Source: Rhynchopus sp. YZ270_cl-10
Lineage: Eukaryota
DNA length: 64,000 nucleotides
Reading direction: 5' to 3'
NCBI GenBank assembly: GCA_964035575.1
Contig: OZ037838.1
Location: 248,001-312,000, forward strand
The notes under the pieces were generated by a model, which saw only the letters and a program-made list of their open reading frames with translations, was not told the origin of the DNA and searched no databases. Both the position numbers and the translations under genes were made by a program. This document shows, piece after piece, positions 36,301 to 46,416 of this stretch; positions within the stretch are counted from its first letter, which is position 1; the number at the start of each line of letters is the position of its first letter.

Positions 36301-36738
36301 AGAGTCGCCAGAGTGGATCGGTTGTGGGAGAAGGGCAGGGATGGTGGGGGAGAAGTTCTGACCGGACCCGGGGGAGTGGAGGTTGAGGGTGGCGGCACGC
36401 CACTCATGCCATGAGGAGTTGGAGACTAGGTCGTCGTGCTCAGCTGCGTGCAGGGTGGCGTGTGGATGTGCTGGTGGGTCGTTGGAATTCACGGGTTTTG
36501 ACATAGGGTTCTTAGATGGTGGCGGCAGCGGAACCGGAGGTAGATTAGCCATATTAGGTGGTGAAATCGGTGAATTCGGTAAGTTCGGTACACTAGATGA
36601 TGTGATAGGCAGTCGCGGACAACTCGCACCCCTACCCGGTGTCGGGCTGGCCAACGACACCTCGATGTCATAAGCACTTTCCGCGTTCTTACTTTGGGAC
36701 TCCAGGGCCGGAAGACTACGCGGACTCTCCGGAAGCAT
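33346..36738 (-). CDS. Cyclic-nucleotide-binding-domain K+ channel (KCNH/CNG/HCN-like) with a C-terminal PDZ-like domain
   Basis: S1 WYWD...FTPY, pore YWTLYTITTVGYGD, C-linker, and CNBD FFGEIALL...RRSASVRTLTYCELFRLDK. Then GIQW...QVDPEMSAHAAGIVEGMQVVAIDGVPV (PDZ-like). Confidence 0.9.
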   Translation of the reverse strand: MLPESPRSLPALESQSKNAESAYDIEVSLASPTPGRGASCPRLPITSSSVPNLPNSPISPPNMANLPPVPLPPPSKNPMSKPVNSNDPPAHPHATLHAAEHDDLVSNSSWHEWRAATLNLHSPGSGQNFSPTIPALLPQPIHSGDSASACSFSSGRKQSMNFKLKKLPTSVTFVSEEEVVQSTHEGVSTARRGSVCSMSRCSDPLEAAARFRAEWGGNLLEKVQSEMVTDKESIPTSHHSTPASPTSKALQQKKRNSASNVISDDPLKTGLLGKSKLTLSRLENALSSQLFQPDDQNLWYWDTVILLALTYVGIFTPYQIVNERSLLPAGHIAHLVMDGLVSVIFAIDIYVRQRTAQADCVSGGLVEDAAMVRARYFRGSGYYDLPAAIPIDVVLLLTVVGEDRRATPYAWIHIASLIAFKVPKFLCEQRLFKVATAIKLSPSSVYFKYKIVPIVRLTIKCALITNVMTLFFIFLQKQGVTGVDNGTDTSYVTSLYWTLYTITTVGYGDVDIDTVQKKLFACVLFVLGVVVQGVVVSKISSIMQKGDVESERSDTMNETLSVLKKFDIPKQLACEVLAYQYHQLQTNMGGNLLKVLSNLPSVMRSRVGLFVKMKFVCLVPMFHDLPVDCLVGLSNALRSIVYEPEVVVLQEGDHGREMFFLSHGIAEVVGPKGTLWHILRAGGFFGEIALLTDLRRSASVRTLTYCELFRLDKGAFFIILRQFEEMKEAVLREMADRHIDPTQYTSEFLLQAELPGDAVGIQWGQSDTQGFLAVQVDPEMSAHAAGIVEGMQVVAIDGVPVLSVAPLAMLEDLFQERGQVMLTMLPPTVPEDHEALARVREHQAEAEEETKGGGGGDTHRSLSFADLNEAGGVDPLLGFKLPEERNSSPTTSSQSSASSTPPLSVKQIDNEEFGLQDRAASLLSTEEDVSQFESISRISSRESLRYTEETTSPRAVISGRSIDITSRRATAPGYSPRNTSFRLTKVRVGVQVDTSSEVASLPDEEPALTPRGSSTRRIASAGRMMPSPRFAESVMAAVRELTKTVAILSDKIDDMALKQAHTLERVVDLGRGGGGGSEPSPTAVRNATSHAGMHGPARTQMRVRESASSELAAVHGEGGESPKKGGDKMN

Positions 36739-37707
36739 TTTTCTGGAGAATCAAAGAAAAGCTGAAAGATGATTTTGGCTCGAAAGCTTGACGGCGTAAA
36801 CCCCCTTCGAACGCCCACGGAGAGGGGTCAATATCGAAGTTGAAGCCCCCTTTCCTCTGTTGGCTTTGGATGGAAGGTTACCCCCTGTGGGGTGTTGGGC
36901 AACCTTGTGCGATGCTTCACTCCGATGACATATGTGCGCTATGTAGGCATTGGGGCAGGGTGGGGTGAATATGGGTATGAGATCAGATCTACAGTGTGTT
37001 GGCTGTGAGGGGTGAGGGGTGAGGAGTGTGCATGGGACAGCGCCAACGTCTACAGGAAGTAACTGAGTTGATATGTGGTTTCACCCTTGTCAGCCAACGG
37101 TGAAACCACAAATGGTGTGGCCGACAGCCCCAAAATAGCAGAAAATAGCAGAAAGTAGCACAAAAAATAGCACCCCCTTTCAGCCACACCAACAAGACCT
37201 CCAACAGAACGGCACAGAGTCAACACACAGACCGGCTCTGAGGGTGCGTAGTGCTTTTCTCTATGTCGGAAGAAGGCACATAAGCGAAATGCAGAAGAGA
37301 CAGAGGAGGCACCTTGTATGGTATTCTGCACTGTTGCTGCAGGCGTGGGTTGAGCAAAAAAACAGCAGTTTTTCAAAAAAAAACCTTCTCCCTTCTGGAG
37401 TTGCAGGACGGTCTAGCATACACCAACTGTCGTAGCATGGTTCTTCATGCTCGTTGGCTTCTTCGCATCGGTTCCACTAGATGCTCTGAATGCTCTGAAC
37501 CTCACGTCAAAACATAAATGTGGAGCAAAAAAACAGCACACATTGGGCTATCAGAAGCAATGGCTGTTTAAAAAGCCTTCAAAAAAAGTAGGGGCGGGGT
37601 GTACCTCTATTTATCTTATGCTGCCCTGCTTGGAGACGCTTCAAAAAGCACAGGGGAGGAGGAGGGGGGAGACAACGTGCGTTGCATTAACAAAAACGAA
37701 GCTGTGC

Positions 37708-37797
37708 AGTGCAAAGTGCAAAGTGCAAAGTGCAAAGTGCAAAGTGCAAAGTGCAAAGTGCAAAGTGCAAAGTGCAAAGTGCAAAGTGCAAAGTGCA
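37708..37797. repeat. Minisatellite (AGTGCAA) ~13 copies
   Basis: Direct reading. Confidence 0.95.
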
Positions 37798-38107
37798 GAG
37801 CGCAGGCATCGGCGTGCTCAATGGGGAAGGGGGGGGCATGCAGGGGGGGAGGTTCCCTGCACCCTCCGTGAAGAAGTGTAAGATAAAAGAGAAGTTTGAA
37901 CGATCAATGTACCGTTTTTTTTTGTACAAATCGAAACAGCCTGCAAAAAGGGGAGTGATTTGAACAAAGCATCATAAAAAACAAAAGGGGATGTACGGGG
38001 ATGAACAAAAAAACCCCAACATGAATACGTGTCATACGCACATCTTTCAACCCATTACACCCAAGAGACTTCGAGACCAACGCTACTCTCACCTTCTTTT
38101 TACGTCC

Positions 38108-41100
38108 TCATTGCAGCCCCGTAGCCCGCGCAAAGATCTCCCTGTGTGCAGGGGGGAGGTGCTGCTGAACGATAGCGACAATGTTCACACGCTTCGTGAG
38201 TGCCTGGAACTGGGTGCTGAAGAAGGTGTCGATGGCAGCGATGTTTGCGCAGTGGTCCACCTGGGTCTTCGCTGCGCATGCGAGGGGGCAGTACGAGTTC
38301 GTGTACCCCTCTTCGTACTGTGGGGTGTTGGGGTGTGGAGATAATCAAACAATGAACCTGACACATATCTCTCACACTGAGGTACTCCGTCCTCTGCATT
38401 CTTGCAACTAGCATCAAATGAATGGCGCTTTTCGGGTGTGACTTGAAATAGAGACCTTATGCATTGGAAGAGGAAACCTATTTGAGGGCAAAAAATAAGA
38501 CGCTGTGTATTTTGATACCTTTTCTCCAAGCTTTTCCACGTCGTGCACTTTGAACTGGAAGAACCCCCCCTCTCTCGAAGCTGCCTGCTCCTTGTTCGTC
38601 ATGATGTCGAGGAAGAGCTGCAGGCCCTTCGCCCAGTCGGCAGCACGCTCAGGGGCAAGCATGTACTCGCTTTCTGTGAGGATGCGGATAAAAGCGACAC
38701 GGACTGCCTTCTTGTTGAGATCACCATCCACCTTGCACACGTAGAGGGACCACAGCTTGTTGTACACAAGGTCCCACATGTTGGGCTGGATCGACAAACA
38801 AATGCGCACCAATGCATCTGGGCCACGTGTGTTGATCACCTGACCCAGGAAGATCACCAACATTTTGGCGAATTTGTCTGTCTTACTCGTGGTCGCTCTC
38901 AAAAGGTCGTTCAGAACAGCGGCCAACATAGGCTGGTCGAGGTGCTCCGCGGGGATGCTCAGAAGCAGCTGGCTCAGAAGCGCGAACCCGTCATGGTCCA
39001 TAGTCTTGCTGCGGCAGAGTGTGTTTGCAGTGTTCACGGCAGGGTTGAGGTGGTGGTTCGTGACTATCATCTGCGGGTCTTTCTCAATGAACACTGTGTG
39101 CAAAGGGGAGGGTGAGAAGGTTGGTGTGGGTTGAAATTGTGCATACCACCAAGGAAGCGGACCACGGCAGGCACGTTGCCTTTGTTGGCGTAGAGCTCGG
39201 GGCGCACGAGGAAGGGGAGCTGTGGTGTTATGTGTGGTGTTTGACATCAGTTTGTGGGTCATTCCTGAGGCAATAATGCACATATGTGGATGTGCTTGAC
39301 TTAGTTGTTTGGGTGTGAAAACACACACAAAACCCCCTCTGAATACATACCAACTGTGCATAGCAGGCCGGGATGTCTGACCGCAACTCGAGCATTTGCG
39401 CGTAGATCTGGAAGACGTATGGCAGGAACTCGGACACATCGCCCTGGAGAATCTCTGCGAAGGGTGCAAAGAGAGCCTCCTCGATGTCGGCTACTTGGGG
39501 TGCGTTGTACTTCACAAGGGCCGAGATGCTTTCGAACATGTAGTGGTTGTAGGCAGGGTTGGCAGGGTTCTTCGTCACCTTGCGCAGCATTGCCACCAGC
39601 GGCTGCAGCACCTGTTTGATGTGATCCCCAGCCATCACCTCGTCTGCAGAAAGCTTTCTCCTTTTGCGTGGGTTATCGTACGTTGCGCTGTGTTGCATGA
39701 CGTCAGCGAGACGCTTCGACGTAGTGGTGGACGCTGTACCGGCAGCAGCGATAAGCTGCGCAACCTCCTTCTGCCCGTACACTTCTGCGTACTGTGCTGC
39801 ATTGCGCTTCCCCTCGTCCACCAGGTCTGTCCTGCACCCTTTCGCCAGGAGGAGCTTCACAACATCTGTGTGGCCCATACCCGCTGCCAAGTGGAGTGCA
39901 GTCTTCCCATTAACAGCCGCGTTTGCGTAGTTCATGTCCACACCTCGTGCAATCTCTGCTGTCACACCTGCAAGGTCTCCGTTGTGTGCCGCAAGGTAGA
40001 TTGTGGAAATGGTTTCTTGCTTGGGAGATGCTTCTGTTGGTGTGGCAGGTGTGCCGGCAGCGGCCTTCATGGAGGATTCAATGAGCTGAGCAACTTCCTT
40101 CTGCCCGTACACTTCTGCGTACTGTGCTGCATTGCGCTTCTCCTCGTCCACCAGGTCTGTCCTGCACCCTTTCGCCAAGAGGAGCTTCACCACGTCTGTG
40201 TGGCCCATACCTACTGCCAAGTGGAGTGCAGTCTTCCCACTAACAGCCAAGTTTATGTCCACACCTCGTGCAATCTCTGCTGCCACACCTGCAAGGTCTC
40301 CGTTGTATGCTGCAAAGTGGATTGCGGCCATGGCTACTTGTGTGGGAGATGCTTCTGTCGAAGGTGTGGGTGTGCGCTCGGGAACGGAGGTGGCAGGTGT
40401 GCCGGCAGTGGCCTTCATGAAGGATTCAATGAGCTGTGCAACCCCCTTCTGCCCGTACACCTCTGCGTACTGTGCTGCATTGCGCTTCCCCTCGTCCACC
40501 AGGTCTGTCCTGCACCCTTTCGCCAGGAGGAGCTTCACCACGTCTGTGTGGCCCATACCCGCTGCCAAGTGGAGTGCAGTCTTCCCATCAACAGCCGCGT
40601 TTACGTAGTTTATGTCCACACCTCGTGCAATCTCTGCTGCCACACCTGCAACATCCCCTTTATGTGCTGCAAGGTGAATTGCAGTAATGGTTTCTTGTGT
40701 GGGAGATGCTTCTGTCGAAGGTGTGGGTGTGCGCTCGGGAGCGGAGGTGGCAGGTGTGCCGGCAGCAGCCTTCATGGAGGCTTCAATGAGCTGTGCAACC
40801 CCCTTCTGCCCGTACACCTCTGCGTACTGTGCTGCATTGCGCTTCTCCTCGTCCACCAGGTCTGTCCTGCACCCTTTCGCCAGGAGGAGCTTCACCACGT
40901 CTGTGTGGCCCATACCCGCTGCCAAGTGGAGTGCAGTCTTCCCATCAACAGACGAGTTCATGTCCACACCTCGTGCAATCTCTGCTGCCACACCTGCAAC
41001 ATCCCCGTTGTATGCTGCAAGGTGGATTGTGGAAATGGTTTCTTGCTTGGGAGATGCTTCTGTCGAAGGTGTGGGTGTGCGCTCGGGAGCGGAGGTGGCA

Positions 41101-41282
41101 GGTGTGCCGGCAACGCCTTTCATGGAAGCTCCAATGATCTGTGCAACCTCCTTGTGCCCTTTCGCTTCTGCGTACTGTGCTGCAAGTTGCAGTAAGTTTA
41201 TGTCCACTCCTCGTGCAATCTCTTTTGCAACACCTGCAAGGTCTCCTTTGTGCGCTGCGATAAAAATACTGGCATTGCTCAT
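38108..41282 (-). CDS. Chimeric ankyrin-repeat / CSE1 C-terminal domain protein; exons 41282-39351, 39219-39147, 39093-38519, 38317-38108 (~929 aa)
   Basis: Tandem ankyrin modules (GKTALHLAAGMGHTDVVKLLLAKG) with P/T/S linkers are fused in frame at ~39611 to a duplicate of the 3' part of CSE1, with its three downstream introns retained. Confidence 0.8.
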
Positions 41283-42004
41283 TAAGCCAGCAGGTGTAGG
41301 GGATACCCTGTGTGGGATGTGTGGTTATATACTAGGATGGCAGTAGCGAAGACAATATCTGAACAGTTCAACATCACCCAAAAGGGCTGGTGCGCGACGA
41401 GATCCACGGGTGGACCCGTAACCTTGCACTGCATCTATTTTCGTGGTGTCTATCAAAAATCTTGACGTGCACTCTGTTGATTCCACAACGGGGGTAAAAA
41501 TAGCGAAATGGAAAGGTGGGAGAGCTCAACAGTTTCTTTTTTTTGAATGACGGAAAACACCTCTCGTCATTGTAACTAAAAGAAACCCGACGCAGGAGCT
41601 TTTCTTTGAACTGTTTTATTCTCCCCACCCCAACAATATCACATTCAGAAACATCGTTTTTATTCGCTTTCATTTTTTCTCCCTTCTCCCTTCTACCTTT
41701 TTTTGTGAATTAATTTTTTTTTCGTTTTAATGAGGTCCCACCTGAGGTACAAATGCGGAGCACGAGAATCGTCTCCGCACACACGAGCTGTGCCCAGACT
41801 GACTGAAACGTCTCATCCTCGACACTACATGAACTTCAGGCTGTGCACCACCTCTGCCCAACCTCGTTGGTGTAAACCAACGACCGACCCTCCTGGAAAG
41901 AAGAGACCGCTAAGATGCAACGGCTAACTGCTTCTTAGATGTGCTCTCAGCAACTGCGGTAGAGATGTGGAAACACCTCTTGCCAGAGAGCGAGGCCACA
42001 ACTA

Positions 42005-44092
42005 CTATTCAATACTGCAGGCTCTGTGGCGCACAAGAACATTCTCAAGCGCAGACGGCGGTGTCACGCCCTCAGGGAGCTCGCACACACACATCACCCC
42101 GTCACGCACAGCTTCTTCACACAGCGTCCAGCTCCGCCGCACACTCTGCCCCATCACAGTCACAAAGCGCTGTGTCCGTGCACCAACGTCTCCGTGCAGA
42201 ACGGGGCCGCTCACAAGCCCTGCACCGTTCAGTGCAGACTTGGTGCGCAAGCGCTTTGCAAACCGCACCGCGTTCTCCATGTGTGCAGGTGCAGCACGGG
42301 TCACGTTCCATACAACGCACACACAGTTCCCAAGCAGCGTCACCAGGCTGCCTTTGCTCTGGTCCAGTGCAATCGTAAGTATGGACAGAGCTGTACTCAT
42401 GCTGTGCAGTGCTGTGACCTGGTGCTGGTTACCCACTGCAAGCTCAGCAATACCCACAGTGCCTTGCATCTGTCGTACAGTGTGTGACACACCCAGCACC
42501 TCCGACAGCGAGCTTCCTCCTGTCACCGTCGACCCGCCTTCTGAGCTGCGAGTTGTCATGTTCCATACCCCCGCACGTTCGCAAAGAGGTGTTCTCCTCC
42601 TCCCTGCGAGTGAGACAGGCCATATGCAGCACACGGACGTCTTCCCAGACACACCCTTCAGGTCAAGTGCTTCTGAGTCCCCAACAGCAGCATCGCACCA
42701 CCCGCAGTCAGACTCCCACATGTCGCAAGGCAGGGCCACAGCACCAGGCGTACATGTGCTCTCAAGGCGCGATGCAATGTTCACCGTGTGGCCGAAGTAG
42801 TCAGTTCGTCCCGTCAGCGTGTTGTGCTCCACAGTCACAGGGCCCGTGTTCACACCAATGCGCACAGTCAGCCCCCGCCAGAGAGACCCTTGCGAGGCAC
42901 AGATTGGTGCATCCGCAAGCAGCGACGCAGGCCAGTTTGCTTCGAAAAGACGTTCCTGCACACTCAACCCAAACGAAACTCCATCGCACGTGGATGAAAA
43001 TGCAATCATAAACGCGTCGCCAATTGTCTTCACCTCGTACCCACTGTACATCTCCATCACCTCACGTATCACTCGGTTGTGGATCTTCAGCCCATCATGC
43101 ATCCCCGCAGGTGCGTTCTCCCAGATCGACGTCGACGCACGGATGTCTGTGAATACAATAGTTGCTGTCTCGCTGTCAAGGCCAGGTGGTGCCACAGTCG
43201 TGTGCTGCACCCTGTCCCTGTCCCTTTCCGTCTCCGTCTCCATCTCCTCAAACAGCGCAGCAGGGAGGTAGGGACGGTACTTCCGCAGGTTCTGCTCCAG
43301 AGTGTGCAGCGTGGCGTGCATCTCCACCGGCAGCAACGACTGCTGCGCATCCAGCATGCGTGCCACACCGTCCACGTCGTAGCCTGCAAGCAGCAACGCT
43401 ATCTGCTGCACGGTGCTGATCGTCCGCTCCATTGTTTTCTGCTCTGCAATCACTGCACGTGCAAACCTACGTGTAGCTAAGAAGTCCAAGACGAACACGA
43501 CCACTGGAATCCAGAGCTTCCGTGCCACATTTTTAAAACCCGCGGCACACGGCGTCTTCTCGCAGTGAATCAACGCCTCAAAGTGCGCACGTCTGCCGTC
43601 TACACCCTCCTGCGGAATTGTACCTGGGATGTCAAGCAAACCAAACCGCACTGCTTCCTCCACAGCGATCACCACGAGCCATAACACGACACAGAACACA
43701 AGCAGAGCGGTGTACTTCTCGGGCATGCGTAGCACCAACGTCACGTCCACCACGAGCACGAGGAGGGGCCAGATGGTGAGCCCACTGCCACGTGCCACAA
43801 GGTCGAACAAGGTGAAGGTCAGAACGGCTAGCGCGAGCACAGGGGGGAGAATCGTCCTCACGTTACCCCCCCACAGTACGTACATCGCACCGATGCACAG
43901 TGAGGTGCACATCGTGCTCATCATCCACGTGACAATAGTGCTGATGCCTGAGCTGACGTAGAACGTATATATCGGTGCAGCAAGACAACAAGCGCCGCAC
44001 ACGAACATCACATACACCTTCGCATCCTTCCTGTCCTGCTCACTCACATTGCCACGCGCAATGTACTTGTCAAGAAACCCACAGCAAGGCAT
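42005..44092 (-). CDS. Membrane adenylate cyclase, copy B
   Basis: Cytosolic part nearly identical to copy A; TM region strongly diverged; different last residues. Confidence 0.9.
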   Translation of the reverse strand: MPCCGFLDKYIARGNVSEQDRKDAKVYVMFVCGACCLAAPIYTFYVSSGISTIVTWMMSTMCTSLCIGAMYVLWGGNVRTILPPVLALAVLTFTLFDLVARGSGLTIWPLLVLVVDVTLVLRMPEKYTALLVFCVVLWLVVIAVEEAVRFGLLDIPGTIPQEGVDGRRAHFEALIHCEKTPCAAGFKNVARKLWIPVVVFVLDFLATRRFARAVIAEQKTMERTISTVQQIALLLAGYDVDGVARMLDAQQSLLPVEMHATLHTLEQNLRKYRPYLPAALFEEMETETERDRDRVQHTTVAPPGLDSETATIVFTDIRASTSIWENAPAGMHDGLKIHNRVIREVMEMYSGYEVKTIGDAFMIAFSSTCDGVSFGLSVQERLFEANWPASLLADAPICASQGSLWRGLTVRIGVNTGPVTVEHNTLTGRTDYFGHTVNIASRLESTCTPGAVALPCDMWESDCGWCDAAVGDSEALDLKGVSGKTSVCCIWPVSLAGRRRTPLCERAGVWNMTTRSSEGGSTVTGGSSLSEVLGVSHTVRQMQGTVGIAELAVGNQHQVTALHSMSTALSILTIALDQSKGSLVTLLGNCVCVVWNVTRAAPAHMENAVRFAKRLRTKSALNGAGLVSGPVLHGDVGARTQRFVTVMGQSVRRSWTLCEEAVRDGVMCVCELPEGVTPPSALENVLVRHRACSIE

Positions 44093-44151
44093 CGTTCAGC
44101 AGACGTTCTGGTGAAGTCTGGGTTGTCTGGTGTTACAAAGGTTGGGAAGAG

Positions 44152-45065
44152 GGGTGATGGGTGATGGGTGATGGGTGATGGGTGATGGGTGATGGGTGAT
44201 GGGTGATGGGTGATGGGTGATGGGTGATGGGTGATGGGTGATGGGTGATGGGTGATGGGTGATGGGTGATGGGTGATGGGTGATGGGTGATGGGTGAGGG
44301 GTCTCTCGATATATATAAGAGCAAAAAGCAAAAAACGCAAATCCGAATAAAAAACCCTACCGCCCCAATCTTTTAATTTTTTGGCAAACACTATGCGAAG
44401 TTAACGTACGGAGGGTGAGACCGGGGAAACACGAGGTCTACGAGGTTTCCCCGGTCTCACCCTCCGTACGTTAACTTCGCATAGTGTTTGCCAAAAAATT
44501 AAAAGATTGGGGCGGTAGGGTTTTTTATTCGGATTTGCGTTTTTTGCTTTTTGCTCTTATATATATCGAGAGACCCCTCCCTAGTAAACTTGTTTAAGCA
44601 GCTCTGCTGCGTCTTGGGGGTCTCTCGATTATATATTTTTAGGCTTCGCGTCCTGCATGTTTATTGTCCACTTGCATCTGCAAGGTTGGAAGAGGGTAAC
44701 AGGGGAAACTTTAAAAATCATTCACTCACTCATCAGGATTTTTTGTGTTTCCCCGGTCTCACCCTCCGTACGTTGGTACGAATGATTTTTAATGAGTTTC
44801 CCCTGTTACCCTCTTCCAACCTTGCAGATGCAAGTGGACAATAAACATGCAGGACGCGAAGCCTAAAAATATATAATCGAGAGACCCCCAAGACGCAGCA
44901 GAGCTGCTTAAACAAGTTTACTAGGGATGGGTGATGGGTGATGGGTGATGGGTGATGGGTGATGGGTGATGGGTGATGGGTGATGGGTGATGGGTGATGG
45001 GTGATGGGTGATGGGTGATGGGTGATGGGTGATGGGTGATGGGTGATGGGTGATGGGTGATGGGT
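44152..45065. repeat. Two (GGGTGAT)~20 arrays flanking two adjacent palindromes (44296-44579, 44578-44927)
   Basis: Direct reading. The paralogous site at 21031 has a single GGGTGAT and no insert. Confidence 0.85.
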
Positions 45066-45295
45066 AAGTGGCAAAGATAGAGCTTCTTGTTTTGTAACTG
45101 TGAAGAAATGGGTAAGTGGATGTGGTTGGTGCCCGTGCACCTCAGACGAGGTGAAAGGGGAAGACCAAACAACTGAAAGGAAAAGCAAAACTGGAAAAAG
45201 AGAAAAGAGAAACACATTGAATCACGCAAACAAACACAAAGAACTCCAAACCCAAGGCACATGCCGCCGTCTCATGTTCACGTTCACGTTCACGG

Positions 45296-45820
45296 TCACG
45301 CCACCTCAACCTCAGGTGTGGGTGCTGCTGCTGCTGTGCTCTTCGTCATCCGCAGGGTCTGCACGTGCTCGTGGTGTGAGGACAGCCTCGCCAGACGCTG
45401 TGCACGCATGTCCGCACGACGTGCATCTGCACCTGCGTGTCTTGCAAGCATGCGGTCACGTGCCGCCTTCGTGCTCGGACGGTGCGCCTGCTTCACACGC
45501 TCGTGGTGTGCACCCACACGCGACAGCACAGCACTGCGCCTCTCCTCACGACGGATCTCCGCACCACACATCCGCTCCTGGTCCAGCACATTCCGCAGGC
45601 ACGTCTCATCCCTCCGCCTCACCTGCTTCACACGCTCGTGGTGTGCTGCCACACGTGCAACCACCGTGCTCTGTGCTGCCGCCCTCCGCTCCACAGCAGC
45701 ACGCCTCCGCGTGTCCGCACCCTCACGCGACACAAACCGCCCGTTGATGTTCTGCGGCTCCCACGCAGACGCAGTCATCCCTCCCTCAATCACAGTCACC
45801 GCAAAGGCAGACGACGGCAT
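45296..45820 (-). CDS. Stathmin-like protein, copy B
   Basis: Near-identical to copy A. Confidence 0.65.
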   Translation of the reverse strand: MPSSAFAVTVIEGGMTASAWEPQNINGRFVSREGADTRRRAAVERRAAAQSTVVARVAAHHERVKQVRRRDETCLRNVLDQERMCGAEIRREERRSAVLSRVGAHHERVKQAHRPSTKAARDRMLARHAGADARRADMRAQRLARLSSHHEHVQTLRMTKSTAAAAPTPEVEVA

Positions 45821-46416
45821 GTTGATGATGTCTTAACAAGTGTCAAATGTGCAACTGGACGTGGTGTGTGGTGTGTGGTGTTTGAAATCCTGTTTTGCCC
45901 CTCCTCCCCCCAATGAATGTTTGCGGGTCGACAATCACTGCTATGTGCAGGATCTGTACCCAATGTCGCAGGCAATTGTACTTAAAAGATATAAAAGGAA
46001 GGGGGTTTGAAAGTTTGTTTGTTTTGTTTCTATTTTTGCTGTTTGTTTGCTATTGCTACTCTGTTTGTATTGTAGTACTTTGTCAGTTGAGAGGTAGGTG
46101 CGCTTCTTTGTTGAGATAGCGACAACTCCTCTTAAGGTCTCACTACAAGCAAACATGTTTTTGAAAACGAAAAAAGGGGGAATCTTTTTTAAAAAATGCT
46201 CGAGAGACTCGTTCTCTTTGCTTGTTGCTCAAAAGACGATAAACGGGAGGGGGTAAAATAACGGTTGTTTGTTGTTCGCTTCCACTGGGTGTGGACTTTT
46301 TTTTTTTGTTTTTACACTGGTGAAATTACAGTGGTGAAAAACATAAAGTGGTCCCGTACATCAAAAAAGTTACGAAAACCAGTTCGTAGCACACTACTGG
46401 CAGAGCGCTCATCCTA

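Noticed and set aside
39396..41195. 599-aa + strand ORF
   Set aside because: Antisense shadow of the repetitive ankyrin gene.
44152..45065. Telomere or interstitial telomeric repeat
   Set aside because: The unit GGGTGAT is not TTAGGG and derives from a single local unit seen in the paralog at 21031.
37447..45262. ORFs with KCKVQSA or PSPITHH repeats
   Set aside because: These are translations of heptamer minisatellites with no other coding signal.
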